NCBI GenBank assembly: GCA_035650735.1
Contig: DASRGZ010000120.1
Span: 1-64,000 of the forward strand
DNA: 64,000 nucleotides
Direction of reading: 5' to 3'
Source of the DNA: Chthonomonadaceae bacterium
GTDB lineage: Bacteria; Armatimonadota; Chthonomonadetes; Chthonomonadales; Chthonomonadaceae
Shown: piece by piece, positions 28,240-37,294 of the stretch
Position numbering within the stretch: position 1 is the stretch's first letter
How the letters are laid out: the number at the start of each line of letters is the position of its first letter
Notes under the pieces: model-generated
The model's input: the letters and a program-made list of their open reading frames with translations, nothing else
What the model was told of the DNA's origin: nothing
Database searches by the model: none
Made by a program: the position numbers and the translations under genes

Positions 28240-29064
28240 ATGACGACCGCCACATCCAAGCCACCTTTCCAATTGGAGCTCGTTGATCCCGCCTTGAAGC
28301 CCCCGCTGAAATGGGCCGGCGGCAAGAGCCATCTGGTGCCCCGCCTGGCGGCGCTCTATGCGCCCCACCGCCATCGCCGTCTCGTCGAGCCGTTTGCCGG
28401 TGGGTTAGCGGTAAGCCTGGGACTGCGCCCGGATTGCGCCCTCATCAACGACATCAACCCCCACACCATCAATTTTTATCAGCAATTGAGCGATGGCCTG
28501 GTAATTGAGATGGACATGGCCAACGACGCCCGCTGCTACTACGCGGCGCGCGACCGCTTCAACGCGCTGATGCGGCAGGGGGAGATTTTCGGACGGGAAC
28601 AGGCGGCGCTGTTTTATTATCTAAATCGAACCTGCTACAACGGCCTGTGCCGCTTCAACAGCCGGGGCGAGTTCAACGTCCCCTTCGGGCAATATAAGAC
28701 CATCCACTACCGGGGCGACTTTAGTGCGTATAGGCCGGTCCTCTCTCGCGGGTCGTTCTGCTGGGGTGATTTCGAGCGCCTGAAGCTGGAGCCGGAGGAT
28801 TGGGTCTACCTGGACCCGCCCTTTGACGTGGAATTTACCCGGTACGCCAAAGACGATTTCACCTGGGATGACCAGGTGCGGCTGGCGCGCTGGGCCGCGC
28901 GGCACCCCGGACCTATCGCGGCCTCCAACCAGGCGACGGAGCGTATTTTGCATCTCTACCTGAGCTTAGGCTTCCAGATCACCGTCCTCTCCGCGCCGCG
29001 CCGTATCGCCTGCAACGGCGACCGCACCCCGGCTGCCGAGATTCTGGCAACGCGCAACCTCTAA
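28240..29064 (+). CDS. Dam-family (D12 class) DNA adenine methyltransferase, orphan
   Basis: LKWAGGK, VEPFAGG, YLNRTCYNGL, FNVPFG, YLDPPF; no adjacent endonuclease gene. Confidence 0.9.
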   Translation: MTTATSKPPFQLELVDPALKPPLKWAGGKSHLVPRLAALYAPHRHRRLVEPFAGGLAVSLGLRPDCALINDINPHTINFYQQLSDGLVIEMDMANDARCYYAARDRFNALMRQGEIFGREQAALFYYLNRTCYNGLCRFNSRGEFNVPFGQYKTIHYRGDFSAYRPVLSRGSFCWGDFERLKLEPEDWVYLDPPFDVEFTRYAKDDFTWDDQVRLARWAARHPGPIAASNQATERILHLYLSLGFQITVLSAPRRIACNGDRTPAAEILATRNL

Positions 29065-29098
29065 GCGCACAAGTGTGTCGGATACAATTCTCTTCACG

Positions 29099-29547
29099 CT
29101 ACGGCGCGGCCAGGATGTCGTCAAGAATCGCCAATATCAGGCCGGGAACCTGTCGGAAGCCAGTATCATTCGTGACGAAAAGGGTCAGCCATGCAGGAGG
29201 GCCGTGGCTGCATGGAGAGCATCTGGGGTCTTCAGGGCTGGGATAGTAGCGCGCAACCGGGCGGCTTCACGCAGAATAGCCTGCGTGATGGGCAGCAGGC
29301 GCGTATTGGCTTGTTGCCAGAGGGCTTCTCAATTATCGGCCAGAACAGTGTCGCCGTTACGCAAGGGAGCGATGAGGGTTTCCATGAGCGTCAATTCACT
29401 GCTGACGGCAGTGATGGTTCTGGCCCATACCGCTTCCCAGAGCGGGCGGCAGACGGGCGCATAGATGGGATGGCCGTCCACGGTGTAGATGGCAATCTGC
29501 GCCTCTACGTACACCAACCCAGAGGCAGGCAGCGTCAGAAGTCCCAT
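29099..29547 (-). pseudogene. PIN-domain (VapC-like) toxin pseudogene
   Basis: In-frame TGA at 29329-29331; reading continues ..REAARLRA..LKTPDALHAATA, then a frameshift near 29186 before LFVTNDTGFRQVPGL..TAG. Confidence 0.85.
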
Positions 29548-29786
29548 GAGTCGCGCTCCTGGCGGAACTCGCGCTCGACTTCAGCCCACTCCTGCGAGGT
29601 GCGCTGTATCGGCGTTAGCGAGTCCAGGAAAGCAATTACATCCGGGAATGTACGTGCCGGTTCCCCGGCTGGTTCGGGCAGCATAATGATTAGTTCCACC
29701 TCGCTGTCTTCGGGCAGTTCAGGCGAAGTGATCTCAATGCGTTTGCCAGGAAGCACCCTGGTTTTCAGTTTAAGCGCGGCCTGCAT
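29535..29786 (-). CDS. putative antitoxin partner of the PIN toxin
   Basis: 83 aa, overlaps toxin start, acidic EFRQERDSWDF C-terminus. Confidence 0.7.
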   Translation of the reverse strand: MQAALKLKTRVLPGKRIEITSPELPEDSEVELIIMLPEPAGEPARTFPDVIAFLDSLTPIQRTSQEWAEVEREFRQERDSWDF

Positions 29787-29883
29787 AGGTTCCCACCGCC
29801 TGCCTAAATTATATCATAGCTGCCCGTGTTGGGCTTGATACTCCGGTCATGTCCTGCGCTTCCATACCGGAAAGGAGAACGCA

Positions 29884-31113
29884 TTGTCATACCCGAATAA
29901 GACCAACCGCTCGCGGAGCCTCATCGTAGCAAGAAAGGAGTTCCGGGAGATCTTCCGGGATAGGCGCACGCTGATGTCGGTCATCATCGGGCCGCTCGTC
30001 ATCACGCCCGCTCTGCTGGCGGTTATCGGCATCTTCATCGGCGGGCAGGTGGAGAAGGCGAAGACTCAGATCTACCCCGTCGGCATCGTGGGCACCGACG
30101 CCGCTGCCCATCTCCTGGCGAAGATGCAGACGGCGCTGAAGAGAGTCGCGCCCAACGTCCGGGTCACGCCCATTTCCGAGGGTGACGCGGAGCGCCAGAT
30201 CAAGGCGCGTCGGCTGGATGCGGTCGCGGTGCTGCCCCCGGACGCCGATAGGCTCCTGGCCCAGCAGAAGCCGATCCCGGTCAAGATCCTGGAGGATGCA
30301 GGCGATGAGACCTCCCAGGGAGCCGCCGCCCGCCTGAGCGCGATCTGGGAGGCGATGGGGAAGCAACTGGTGGTGGAGCGGCTGCGGGCGCTGGGCCAGC
30401 CGCCGGAGTTCGCCACGCCCTTTGTGGTGACCGAGCAGCCGATTGCGCAGGGCGGCAGCGTCGCTACGCTGGTACTCTCGCGTATGCTGCCCTATATCCT
30501 GATCCTGGGCGCCTTCGGCGGCTCCATCTACGCCGCGTTCGACCAGGTGGCCGGGGAGAAGGAACGCGGCACGCTGGAGACGCTGCTGGTCTCGCCCGCC
30601 TCCCGCCGTGACATCGTCCTGGGCAAGTTCGGCGCGGTGGTTGGCGTGTGCCTGATCAGCAGCCTGCTTTCGGTGATAGGGTTCATGGTGCCGTTCTTCA
30701 GCGGCGCCAAAGCCTTTGAATGGCTCTCCAAGGGCGGTGCGCACCTGAGCCTGCCCGCCATCGGCGTCACGCTGCTGGTGCTGCTGCCGCTTTCCGTGCT
30801 GTTTGCCGGGGTGCTGCTGGCCCTCTCGACCTTTGCGCGCAACCAGAAAGAGGCGCAGACCTACCTCGGCTCCCTGTTTCCGCTGGTGCTGCTGCCAGCG
30901 ATGCTATCCATGTTTATGGGTGCCGACGCCGGCCTGAAGCTGGCGCTGGTGCCGATCCTGGGGGCCTCCATCATCATCAAGCAGGCGCTCTCCGATAGCT
31001 ACAACGCGGCATTTATCCTGATCGCGTTTGCCGGCTCCGTCCTCTGGGCCTCGCTGGCCCTGTTTGTTGCCACCAGGCTCTTTCAGAAGGAGAGCGTGCT
31101 GATCAAGGCGTGA
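29884..31113 (+). CDS. ABC-2 permease (NatB-like)
   Basis: KEFREIFRDRRTL, AGEKERGTLETLL, FARNQKEAQ. Confidence 0.92.
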   Translation: MSYPNKTNRSRSLIVARKEFREIFRDRRTLMSVIIGPLVITPALLAVIGIFIGGQVEKAKTQIYPVGIVGTDAAAHLLAKMQTALKRVAPNVRVTPISEGDAERQIKARRLDAVAVLPPDADRLLAQQKPIPVKILEDAGDETSQGAAARLSAIWEAMGKQLVVERLRALGQPPEFATPFVVTEQPIAQGGSVATLVLSRMLPYILILGAFGGSIYAAFDQVAGEKERGTLETLLVSPASRRDIVLGKFGAVVGVCLISSLLSVIGFMVPFFSGAKAFEWLSKGGAHLSLPAIGVTLLVLLPLSVLFAGVLLALSTFARNQKEAQTYLGSLFPLVLLPAMLSMFMGADAGLKLALVPILGASIIIKQALSDSYNAAFILIAFAGSVLWASLALFVATRLFQKESVLIKA

Positions 31114-31226
31114 GAAAGCAAGGATGAAGGCAGAAGGATGAAGGAAAGCCCTCGTTCTTTTCCTCCTCATCCGGGCCGCGAAGCAGAGCTACCGCATCAC
31201 GAGAGAGAAGAAAAGCCTTGTTCTTT

Positions 31227-32573
31227 TCATCCCTCATCCTTAACGAAGGCGTGGTAGATGGCCCGCACCGCCGCCGGATAGTCCGCGCTCGCCACGCCCA
31301 CGATAATGTTGATCTCCGAGGCGCCCTGGTTGATCAGGCGCACGTTGATGCCCGCCGCCGCCAGCGCCCCGAACAGCCGCCCGGCAATGCCGACGCGATG
31401 GCTCATCCCCTGCCCCACCGTCGCGATCAGCGCCAGACCGTTGAGCACCTCCATCCGATCCGGCAGCAGCACGCGCTGTAGCTCGTCCAGCACGCCCTCG
31501 CGCCGGTTGTCCAACTCCTCGTCCCGCAGCACCACAGACATCGAGTCGATGCTGCTGGGCGTATGCTCGTAGGAGATACCGTGCGCCTCCAGTATTTCCA
31601 GTAGGCGCCGCCCGAACCCACGCTCCTGGTTCATCAGCGCCTTCTCGATCTGAATCGTCGTGAAGCCCGTGCGGCCTGCAATGCCCACAATGGGAAGATC
31701 GGTGTTGGGCCGGGTGGTCCGAATCCAGGTGCCCGGCATCTCCGGGGCGTTAGTGTTGCGGATATGGATGGGGATGTGGGCCTCCCGCACCGGGAAGATG
31801 GCCTCATCGTGGAGCACCGAGGCGCCCATATAGGCCAGCTCGCGCAGCTCCTGGTAGGTCACCTCACGAATGGGGCGCGGATTCTCCACCAGGCGGGGAT
31901 CGGCCATCAGCAGCCCGTCCACGTCCGTCCAGTTTTCATAGGCGCAAGCGCCGACGGCGCGGGCGACGATAGCGCCGGTAATGTCCGAGCCGCCCCGCGA
32001 GAAAGTCTTGATCTGGCTGCTTGCATCCACGCCGTAGAAGCCAGGCAGCAGGAAAAGCCCTTCCCCTTGCAGCGCCCGCGCCGTCAATTCGTAGCTGTTC
32101 GGGTCCAGGCGGCCTTCCGGGCTGAAGCGGATACAGTCGGCGGCATCCACAAACGTCGCCCCTAAGTAGGCGGCGATCAGTCGGGCGTGCAGATACTCGC
32201 CGCGCGAGGCCACCCAGTCCTTCGACCGGCCCTGTCCCATTTCCGATTCGACGGCATCGAGCCAGCGGCGCATGTCCGGCACCCCTAACGCAGCGCTTAT
32301 CTCCTCAAAGCGCTGGCGTATAAGCGCGAACGCCTCGCTCGCCTTCAGCCCTGCCTGGATCGTATGATGGCACAGATAGAGTAGGTCGGTGACCTTGTGG
32401 TCGGCGGCATGGCGCTTACCCGGCGCAGAAACGACGAGAAAGCGTCGGCGCGGATCGGCGCGCACAATGGCGGCGACTTTGCGTATCTGGTCCGCATCCG
32501 CCACCGAGGTTCCCCCAAACTTACACACGAACGGTACTTCGGCTGTCTTCACAATGCTTCCCTTCTGGTCCAT
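31227..32573 (-). CDS. lysC: aspartate kinase
   Basis: KFGGTSVAD, VVSAPGK, FSRGGSDITG, WTDVDG, two ACT domains. Confidence 0.95.
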   Translation of the reverse strand: MDQKGSIVKTAEVPFVCKFGGTSVADADQIRKVAAIVRADPRRRFLVVSAPGKRHAADHKVTDLLYLCHHTIQAGLKASEAFALIRQRFEEISAALGVPDMRRWLDAVESEMGQGRSKDWVASRGEYLHARLIAAYLGATFVDAADCIRFSPEGRLDPNSYELTARALQGEGLFLLPGFYGVDASSQIKTFSRGGSDITGAIVARAVGACAYENWTDVDGLLMADPRLVENPRPIREVTYQELRELAYMGASVLHDEAIFPVREAHIPIHIRNTNAPEMPGTWIRTTRPNTDLPIVGIAGRTGFTTIQIEKALMNQERGFGRRLLEILEAHGISYEHTPSSIDSMSVVLRDEELDNRREGVLDELQRVLLPDRMEVLNGLALIATVGQGMSHRVGIAGRLFGALAAAGINVRLINQGASEINIIVGVASADYPAAVRAIYHAFVKDEG

Positions 32574-32737
32574 CGAGGATAGCGGCTTAGCAAGCGCGTT
32601 TATTTATGATACTCCAAGCCGGCTTTATTTCCGATCCCCGGCCTGCCAAAACTGGGCCGGTTCGTCCTCTTCTCCTCTCTCAGGCAGTTTGATACCCTTT
32701 GATTTTCTATGTTTGGCATATGACAGCGATTCCTTCA

Positions 32738-33000
32738 TTTTCCCGTTCGGGCGGCTAAAGCCCTCACTCCCGGCGCTGCGGGAGAGGGGGAACGGAGAAG
32801 CCGGGTCATCCCCTTCCCTCGTAGGGTCGCGAGGCGGAGGGCTGTGGCAAGGCGGAGGCAGGGGCCCTAACCCTGCCGACCCTGGCAGTCCATTGCAGGC
32901 CCGACCCTGGCAGTGGGGGCCGGGGGGGTTAGGTAAGTCGCCGCAGGCCGACTTCGTGCCCTGGCTGCCGCGAATGTATTCGCCCGCTACCGAAAACGGA
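32738..33000. repeat. REP-like element with nested host repeat and micro-elements (minus orientation, 32827-32914)
   Basis: GGGCGGCTAAAGCC, CGCTGCGGGAGAGGGGG, GACCCTGGCAGT x2. Confidence 0.75.
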
Positions 33001-33088
33001 AGGAGTCTGGGCAGAGATAGAGAAGTGTATATCTGTATTGCAATCGCGCTCTATGGAGTCTGCGCCGTATACAAGGAGGCAGCCAATC

Positions 33089-33652
33089 GTGACCCTGGAA
33101 ACGTGCTCGCTCATGACGGTGTATCGCGGGTGGGATGGTTACCACCGGAGCCTGGTTTCTGCCATCGCGCCCCTTTCGCGGGAAAATCTCCTCTATCGTC
33201 CAGCCCCAGACCTACGTTCTGTGGGAGAAATCGCAGCCCATATCGCCTTTGGACGCATTGACTGGTTTCATCGTATGGGTGCGCCGGGCAGCGCCGAACT
33301 CGTCGAACAGGCCGCGCCCTGGTGGCAGCCCTGGGGACAGGTGGATAACACTGTGGCGGAAAGCACGGCGGAGATCGTGCGCTGGCTGGAAGCCGGTTGG
33401 CGCATGATCGAGACCTGCCTGACCCAATGGACAGTTGCCGATCTCAGCCAGACCTACCTCCAACCCTATGGAGGCAAGACCTACGTCATATCGCGGCAGT
33501 GGACGATCTGGCGCATCATGGCCCACGATATTCATCACGGCGGGCAACTGTCCGTACTGCTGGCAGCCCAGGACATCGAGCTTCCCGAACTAGGCGACAA
33601 TGGCGGTCATATCATCGAGGTTCCGCTTGCGGATGCGTCCTCGTCCGTTTAA
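33089..33652 (+). CDS. DinB family protein
   Basis: RSVGEIAAHI and AHDIHHGGQ His motifs; GTG with AAGGAGG SD. Confidence 0.85.
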   Translation: MTLETCSLMTVYRGWDGYHRSLVSAIAPLSRENLLYRPAPDLRSVGEIAAHIAFGRIDWFHRMGAPGSAELVEQAAPWWQPWGQVDNTVAESTAEIVRWLEAGWRMIETCLTQWTVADLSQTYLQPYGGKTYVISRQWTIWRIMAHDIHHGGQLSVLLAAQDIELPELGDNGGHIIEVPLADASSSV

Positions 33653-33752
33653 CGGAAGGCTCCCATGAGAGGGGCAAAGGTCATCATCAGCGCGGGCTCC
33701 GAGGCCGCCCAAAGCGGAAAGACCTCGGAGCCACCCTGTGGGCCAGGATCGC

Positions 33753-35279
33753 TCACACGGTCACGACGACGGTACGCAGCACCTCATCCAGGGTCGTCAT
33801 CCCCTCGACGGCTTTACGAGCGCCGTCGGCCATCAGGGTGCGCATCCCGTGCGCGACGGCAATATCCGTCAGCTCCTCGGCGGAAGCCCGGCGCAGCAGC
33901 GCCTCGGTGAGCGCTTGATTCCACTCCAGCGCTTCATACAGGGCCGTGCGCCCCCGATACCCTGTATGGCGGCACTTATCGCACCCGCGCCCCCGGTAGA
34001 ACGTGGCGTTCTCCGGGATCTCGTAGCCTCCGGCGGCGGCTAACTGCTGCGCCTGCGCGAATAGAAAGCTAGAGGAGGCGAGAAGCGCAGGCTCTTTGCA
34101 GTCCGGGCAGATTTTGCGCACCAGCCGCTGCGCCACAATGCCGAGGAGGGAGATGCTAACGGCAAGCGGCTCCACGCCCAGGGCGACCAGGCGCAGCGCG
34201 GCTTCGACGGCAGTATTCGCCTGCATCTGGCCGAGCACCAGATGCCCGGTCAGCGCCAGTTCGGGCACCATGCGCGCCGTCTCAACATCCGGCAGATCGT
34301 CCACCAGAATAACATCCGGGTCCTGCCGCCAGATGGCGCGCAGCGCCGCCGCCCGCGTCATCCCGGCGCGTTCGTTGATCGGAAGCGCGGTCGTGGAGGG
34401 CACCGTATACTCGATCTGCTGCTCTACCAAAAACGTCTTCCGGTCAGGGGCTGCGATCTCATGGATACAGCCATAGAGCGTGGTCGTTTTGCCGCTGCCT
34501 CTCGGCCCGACGCAGAGGATCACGCCGTTGGGCTGCCGTATCCAGTTGCGCAGGGGATGATGCGCAGGAATGCCGATCTGTTCGAGACTCATCAGCGTGT
34601 CCGCCTTCACCACGATCCGAACCGTCAGCGCCTCTCCGTAGGCGGTGGGAATGGTGGCAGCATAAAAGACAAAGTGCTCGCTCCCATAGGAGAAGGGAAA
34701 GCGGCCATCCTGGGGCAGTTTGCGCTCCGCCGGGTCCATGTTCGCCATGAGCTTAAAGCGCACCATCAGCGCCTCATGCAGGCTCATCGGGATACGGCGA
34801 ATCTCATGCAGCACGCCGTCAATGCGAATGCGCAGCCAGACGTAAGCCTCCTCACCCCGCCGGATGGGTTCCAGATGAATATCGGAGGCGCGCGAGGCGA
34901 TGGCCAGCAGACTTATCTGCCGGATAAGCCGATCCAGCTTCCCCTCTTTGGAGTCGGTGGCGTCGCCAGCATCTTCCGGCAGCTTTGCGCCCACGCGCTC
35001 CAACTCCCCGGCGAAGAAGGCCAGTTCGGCGTCCAGTGCCTCCGCCGGGGCCGTCGCCACCGCCAGCGGATCGCGTTCGAGATAGGCGACCAGATCCGAC
35101 TTGCGGAACCGCCACTGCTTGCCCACTTTGAGGCCTCTCACTTCGCCCTGCGCCAGCCAGCGGTACAGCGTCGGCTTGCTCGTGCCGAGAAACTGCACGG
35201 CTTCGTCTAATGTCAGCAACTCCTCTTCGCCGGAAGAGGCTGCGCCGGTTCCGGCATGGTTGATCTGTGCATCGGCCAT
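33753..35279 (-). CDS. excisionase-type HTH fused to GspE/PilB-family ATPase (degenerate motifs)
   Basis: LLTLDEAVQFLGTSKPTLYRW..KVGKQWRF; ASDIHLEP, RIDGVL, PQDGRF, GPRGSGKTTT, AQRLVRKIC, GYRGR. Confidence 0.88.
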   Translation of the reverse strand: MADAQINHAGTGAASSGEEELLTLDEAVQFLGTSKPTLYRWLAQGEVRGLKVGKQWRFRKSDLVAYLERDPLAVATAPAEALDAELAFFAGELERVGAKLPEDAGDATDSKEGKLDRLIRQISLLAIASRASDIHLEPIRRGEEAYVWLRIRIDGVLHEIRRIPMSLHEALMVRFKLMANMDPAERKLPQDGRFPFSYGSEHFVFYAATIPTAYGEALTVRIVVKADTLMSLEQIGIPAHHPLRNWIRQPNGVILCVGPRGSGKTTTLYGCIHEIAAPDRKTFLVEQQIEYTVPSTTALPINERAGMTRAAALRAIWRQDPDVILVDDLPDVETARMVPELALTGHLVLGQMQANTAVEAALRLVALGVEPLAVSISLLGIVAQRLVRKICPDCKEPALLASSSFLFAQAQQLAAAGGYEIPENATFYRGRGCDKCRHTGYRGRTALYEALEWNQALTEALLRRASAEELTDIAVAHGMRTLMADGARKAVEGMTTLDEVLRTVVVTV

Positions 35280-35386
35280 TGTGACATCTCCTTTTTTTCC
35301 GGGCACATTCTGTGCCCGACAAAAGCCCGGTTATAGAATCCAGCTGGTGCTGGGGGATGCGGAACCCCCTGCGTTCCATCAGTGTG

Positions 35387-36359
35387 TCACATATACCACT
35401 GCGCCTGTGCGCCCAACATACGCACGTAGAGGCCCTTACCCCGCATCAGGTCCGCGTGACTGCCTTCCCCCACGATCTGGCCTCCCTCCAGAACGATAAT
35501 CCGGTCGGCAAGACGGGCAGAGCCGAGCCGGTGCGAGATCAACAGCACCGTCTTGCCTTCGGAGACGTCGCGAAACTGACGATAGACCTCCACCTCCGCC
35601 TTCGCATCGAGCGCCGCCGTCGGCTCATCCAGAACCAGTACCTCGGCCTCGCGCAGGTACGCTCGCGCTACGGCCAGCTTCTGCCACTGTCCCAGCGAAA
35701 GCTCTGTTCCCTCCTCGAAATCCTTCCCAAGCGGCGTCTCGTAGCTACGTTCCAGGGTAGCCACGACACGGTCTGCCCCCGAAAGCCGGGCCGCCCGCTC
35801 TATGGCCTGCGCGTCGCCCGCCCGCTCCAGGGCTCCAAAGGCGATGTACTCACATCCCGTCAGATGGTATTGCTGAAAGTCCTGCAAGACCGCCGCGCGC
35901 TCGCTCCAGCCTGTCGTAATAGTCCGGACTCTCGAAGGCGGCAAGTTCGAGGCGCAGTGCTTTTTGGTAGACGCCGCGCTCCAAATTCTGGCTGGTCCGC
36001 TCCCTGAGATGCGCGGACAGCAAGGGGGTGATCGCGTCTATAAGATTGGTAAGCACCATGACCCCGACCAGGGCTGCGCCCCAGGGCAGGAGTGGAGCAA
36101 GGGAAGAGGACGGTAGTCTCCAGGTCCCTCGGAGGCTAGCGGTGCGTGTCAGAGCATCAATGAGGTGTTTGGTAATCCAGACTTGAATGACGGGGAAAAG
36201 ACCGCTTGCGCTGCCGATAGCAAGCAGGGCGATAGTTAGCGGAGGCGAAGCACCCCAGAAGACCCGTGCGCCGAAACGAATGACATCACGGACTTCTCTG
36301 GCTCCTTTGCGGAGGGCGGACAGGCGGGCCATCAGTTGGCGGCTCTTTGGCGGCCACAT
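35387..36359 (-). pseudogene. ABC exporter (permease+ATPase) pseudogene with large internal deletion
   Basis: N-terminal TMD fragment ends at FESPDYYDRLERA and joins out of frame to VLQDF..LSLGQWQK..LDEPT..ISHRL; no Walker A seen. Confidence 0.8.
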
Positions 36360-36571
36360 AGGTTTTGGCCTTCCTTCGATGCGTTACAAGAGATAGAACC
36401 ATCTCAGTAGCTGAATGCTCATTCATTATCATTTCACATGTTAGCATGTTTTGATCAGATCGTCAAGGTGTCTGGTGCAAAATTCTGCGAAGTAGGCAAA
36501 GAGGATTCCTGTATCGTAGCCGGCAATTTTCAGGAGGAATTCGGCAGCGGTGGCACGAACAGAGTAGCGTT

Positions 36572-37294
36572 ATGACCGATTTCGCTTCTGCTTCCATGCT
36601 GGACTCGCCGGGCCAGCCCAATCCCGGAAAATCGCTTACCGCCAACATCTCCGGGCGCGAATACGTGCGCCTGCCAATACGCACCCACGTCATCGCCGAG
36701 CACGATGATCCGGTGGAGGTCGCCCGACGCTACGCCGCGCCGCACGCGCGTCCCGGCGATATCCTGGCTATCAGCGAGAAGATCATCGCCATCATGCAGG
36801 GCCGCTCGTATCCGGTGGCGGAGATTGTGCCGTCCGGCCTGGCGCGGCTGCTGGCTCGCTTCGTCGTCAAGACCAAACACGGCATCGGCATCAGCAGCCC
36901 CGTCACGATGGAATTGGCGATCAAAGAGGCGGGCGTGCCGCGCATCCTGCTGGCCGCCCTGTGCAGCGCGCTCACCAAGCCCTTCCGCATTCGGGGCGTG
37001 TTCTATCGGGTGGCGGGCCGTGCCGTCGCCGCCATTGACGGCCCGACCCCCTACACCCTTCCGCCCTATAACACCCGCGCCACCCTGGCCCCGAAAAGCC
37101 CAGACCGCGTCGCCCGGCAGATTGCCGAGGCGCTGGGCCTGCCCGCCGCCATCATTGACGCCAACGACCTGGGCGTGGAGGTGCTGGGCGCCAGCCCCGG
37201 CGTGGATCGCGCCCTCGTCCGCGCCCTGTTCCGCGATAACCCGCTCGGCCAGGGCAGCGAGCAGACCCCGCTCTGCCTGATCCGTCCCCAATGA
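36572..37294 (+). CDS. coenzyme F420-0:L-glutamate ligase family (CofE-like) protein
   Basis: PIRTHVI, ISEKIIA..QGR, AIDGP, IIDANDLG, DNPLGQGSEQTP. Confidence 0.8.
   Translation: MTDFASASMLDSPGQPNPGKSLTANISGREYVRLPIRTHVIAEHDDPVEVARRYAAPHARPGDILAISEKIIAIMQGRSYPVAEIVPSGLARLLARFVVKTKHGIGISSPVTMELAIKEAGVPRILLAALCSALTKPFRIRGVFYRVAGRAVAAIDGPTPYTLPPYNTRATLAPKSPDRVARQIAEALGLPAAIIDANDLGVEVLGASPGVDRALVRALFRDNPLGQGSEQTPLCLIRPQ

Noticed and set aside
32574..32760. Possible lysine riboswitch upstream of lysC
   Set aside because: No recognisable L-box core or five-way junction found by eye
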